Source: Chrysomallon squamiferum (taxonomy: Eukaryota > Animalia > Mollusca). Taken from it: a DNA stretch of 64,000 nt. Both the position numbers and the translations under genes were made by a program. Under the pieces are notes generated by a model. It searched no databases, was not told where the DNA came from, and saw only the letters and a program-made list of their open reading frames with translations. Every line of letters begins with the position of its first letter. The first letter of the stretch is position 1. Location: NCBI GenBank assembly GCA_012295275.1, contig CM022672.1:30690001-30754000 (forward strand), given 5' to 3'. Positions 62,179 through 64,000 of the stretch are shown piece by piece.

Positions 62179-62723
62179 GTGTCTGTGTGTGTTGACGTAA
62201 TTACTTAACTTTTGGCACTAAAGAACCACGTATTACGTGTGCTCCACAGGGAAATCATTTTGTGTCACTTGATTTTTAAAAACTGTAATTGATGACGACA
62301 TTTCACAAAGTCCGGTGACTTTATGTTACTAAATATAGCATGGTATTTCTCTAGTGTAAAAATGAATTACTGGTTGCGCAAGTGAGCAAAACCGAGTCAG
62401 CTGGAGTGACTCTGAAAGTTTCGTATTTCTAGCTCTACTAGTGTTATTTTTAACTTTGCCGCTGACGTCAGAGATAATTTATTAAAGAAAATAAATTATC
62501 AGACGAGAGATAATATTAATTTCACCTATTTTGGTATTCACACAAAAAAAAAAGTACTTTTTTTTTTCTACATTCGTGCTAAAAATATGTTTTCACTTCT
62601 GATTGTTTTTGACAGTAAAAATAATGAAATTGAATGTAGTAACTAAAGGACTCTTTTTAAAATAATTAAATAATGAAATATTCTAAGATTAGATACGACC
62701 CAATTATAATGGTTGAGTTTATA

Positions 62724-62950
62724 GTAATAACACAAGGCCCGCGAAATTAACAGTCTTACATACTGAGTAGGTAAAATCAAAAGGTAATTTATTTATTTAC
62801 TTTACTTTATTTTACTTTACTTTTCTTTTCTTTTCTTACTTATGTATTTATGTATTTATTTGAGTATCTTGTAATAACACAAGGCCCACGAAAATTAACA
62901 GTTGTGTATACCGAGTAGGTAAAATAAAAGGTGATTTATTTATTTACTTA
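62724..62950. repeat. Direct duplication of ~80 bp at 147-bp spacing
   Basis: 'gtaataacacaaggcccrcgaaa(a)ttaacagt...tacygagtaggtaaaat(c)aaaaggtratttatttatttactt' at 62724 and 62871. Confidence 0.88.
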
Positions 62951-63884
62951 CTTATTTATATATTCATTCATTCGTTTATTTGTTCAATTATTTATTTATT
63001 TATTTATTTATCTTCTTACTTTTTTCTTATTTATAGCTTTTTTTAAATTTGTATTGTTATTACTCTTATTGTTGGTTGTTGTTGCTGTTGGTATTATTAT
63101 GATTATTATTGTTGTTGTTATTGTTATTATTGTTGTTGTTGTTGTTATTGTTATTATTATTATTATTATTATTATTAGTAGTAGTAGTAGTAGTAGTAGT
63201 AGTAGAAGTAGTAGAATTTTTGCTTATCTTTCTTTCATTCATGTTCTACGTATTTCAACGCCCTCTCTTCCTTAATGTTCAGTTATAAATAAAAATGCGA
63301 TCCAGTATTGGAACTAGACTGGTCATTGTTTAATACTGGGCGCGTGTGAGGTCAGTCTTAATCAATTCCTTGATATGTAATTTTAATGACGGATGCATGG
63401 GTCAGTGACACTGGTTTTTCTTACAAATCTCTGTATCTTCCGTTACCTCGTCATCATCACAATCATCATCAACATCAACATTTCTTCCTTTTTTACGTCG
63501 TCGTAGTAATCAACGCTGATGTTAAGTGTTGCTGAAGTAGTCTCTTTGTCATCTTAATATTCTTTTGAGACAACTGAAATCGAGCTGTGAGCCGAAAGAA
63601 AAAAAACCCATAAATCCTCTCTCCTCGCAAATTTTCAATAACGAAATCTTCAAATCCAGATTAAGAAAGAGCGGCGCAGTTTTTATTGGTGTCGTAATGG
63701 CTTCTCGCAACATTACAGTCAACACTTCAGTCGCCAGGAGTCATTGAGAGGGAAAATAATTTTAGAAGAAAATAAAGAGAGAACGAATGAAACTATTAGC
63801 GGCGTCAACTGAAGCTTTTAACGAGCAGCTGAGACGTTTACTGTTTTCATAGCATCGTTTACAGTGCAGCCATCAGTGATAGGA

Positions 63885-63968
<84 letters not shown>

Positions 63969-64000
63969 ATAATATCGTTTACTAATAATATGAATAATTA

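Overview
AT-rich, microsatellite-dense eukaryotic (invertebrate, probably lophotrochozoan) genomic DNA. The only credible protein-coding sequence is a GC-rich minus-strand exon at the left edge (ATG at 869, running off position 1). It encodes a rhodopsin-family neuropeptide F/Y-type receptor (TM1-TM6 visible) whose frame is broken by a 1-nt deficit just before TM6, most simply placed at a G4 run (94-97). The other ~63 kb lies upstream of this exon (5' intron or intergenic). It holds a ~1 kb 40-bp minisatellite, three copies of one TA-flanked Tc1/mariner-pogo-type MITE, another mariner-like remnant, two long inverted repeats (one with a nested perfect hairpin), several local duplications and many simple repeats. 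Between these are short CpG-containing unique islands with an apparent excess of CRE palindromes and several RFX, YY1 and nuclear-receptor motifs. Almost all other ORFs in the track are microsatellite translations. I found no CRISPR, rRNA, intact tRNA or transposase gene and no clearly new multi-gene system. The best leads are the receptor frameshift, the putative regulatory landscape and the foldback structures.
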